Below are positions 62,392 through 64,000 of a DNA stretch of 64,000 nucleotides, piece after piece. The notes beneath the pieces are model-generated. The model was not told the origin of the DNA. It saw only the letters and a program-made list of their open reading frames with translations, and made no database searches. The stretch lies in assembly GCF_009914755.1 (NCBI RefSeq), contig NC_060948.1. One strand, written 5' to 3'. The DNA comes from the human T2T-CHM13v2.0 reference genome, Homo sapiens. The position numbers and the translations under genes are program-made. Each line of letters starts with the position of its first letter. Position 1 is the stretch's first letter.

Positions 62392-64000
62392 AGATCCATA
62401 TTTTTTAAATGAAAAAAAATTTCAAAGGTACTCTGCTTGGTACAATAATCAAATGTATAAACTGAGGAATAAAACATAACCATGAAACCTACTTATAACT
62501 GCATATGGAAAATACAGAGGATAATTTTTTAAATAACGTATTATGAAAGCCTTAACTAGTAATTTGAAGAGTTGGCATTTGAAAGGCCAGTATGAATATA
62601 CCTTCAAAGCAGCAACACAGGTTCCCCATGAGAAAAAGCAAACACAGGGAAAATAAAAACACAAAGGTTCAATCTCTTCTGACCTTTGAAAGACACAGCA
62701 CAGACAGTGGTCCTTAGGACGAAGAGCAGGAGACCCCTAATTCCGTCACCATGGCGATAGGGCATAAACATTGCTGGGTGAGGGCACAATCCACATTGTG
62801 AGGTCCAACTGCTGCCAGGAAGACAGGAGTGCTTTTACATAGACCGAAAGGTCATTGAAGGCTCAGAGTTTTGTTTCAAGAACTGAATCCCAAGCCCACA
62901 CGTTATTAGGCTGCGCTTCTTAAAACAAGTTATGAGATGGGAAAAAGGGCACCCACAAACATACGTATACATTATGTATATAATAATATACAGTGTCATA
63001 TATATAATATATATAACCTATGTATAATATTGTTTTACATCCTGCATCTTATGTTATTTATACTGTATAAAATATAATAATTGATAATATATAAGTTTTA
63101 TAATTATACAATATGACATATAGTATATATTATAATTTATGACATATATAATATATGTTATATATCATATATAGAATATATTATACGGTTAATATACGTA
63201 TTAAATATAAATTATACATTATATATATTATATATAATATATCTGATATATATAATACCCATTATGCATAATATATATATTATGTCTATGTTATATATAG
63301 TATAAAACAACATATAATAATATATAATTGTATATATAAAATGCGACATATAATATATATTATATTTTATAACATATGTAATATATATTATATATTATAT
63401 ATAATACGTTGTATGTATAATACCTATATTAAATATATATTATATGACTATGTTATTAATTACATGTCACATGTGTTATATATTATATATTTTACATAGA
63501 ATATACCGGTTACATACAATATATACTATGTTACCTATAATGTATAATTTATTACATGTAAAATAAAGAATGCAATATATTATGTAAAATTTATAATATA
63601 CAATATGTGGAATGTGATATATATAACATATAATATATGATATATGATATACAGTATATGATATATAACATACAATATATGATTCCTAATATATATGGTA
63701 TACAATATATATTTTATGATATGTATTCTATATGTTTTATATTCTGTTATATATAACTATTTGAAATTATATATAACTGTATAATATTTTATGTAAATAT
63801 GTAATATAATATATATAACTATATAATATATTATATATAACTATATATTATGTTATATATACTTTTATAACATAATTTACATAAAATATCATAATATAAT
63901 ATATATTATATTATTTCATATTACATAATATATATTACATATCACCCAATATAACTAACATACATAATATTATAATATAGATTATATTATGTTATATTAA

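Overview
The whole 64 kb window is one uninterrupted head-to-tail tandem array of a ~2,420 bp unit (about 26.4 copies, all in the same orientation, unit spacing 2,404-2,422 bp). Each unit has three parts: ~1.55 kb of degenerate (TA)-rich sequence, a ~292 bp diverged Alu on the minus strand (AluY/Sc-type diagnostic positions, 5' end missing, internal 16 bp duplication), and a ~570 bp mixed-composition segment. This architecture, and a predicted ~2.14 kb HaeIII fragment, match the known human satellite HSat1B/DYZ2, found mainly in Yq12 heterochromatin with smaller arrays on acrocentric short arms. I see no genes, no CRISPR, no insertions and no previously undescribed biological system; the ORFs in the track are by-products of the repeat. 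What is of interest is the array's internal history, read by eye from shared variants: two interleaved unit subfamilies (A-B-A-B), a very recent 4-unit (9.68 kb) tandem duplication with a chimeric junction unit, older partial copies of the same cassette, patchwork variant sharing, and slippage deletions.
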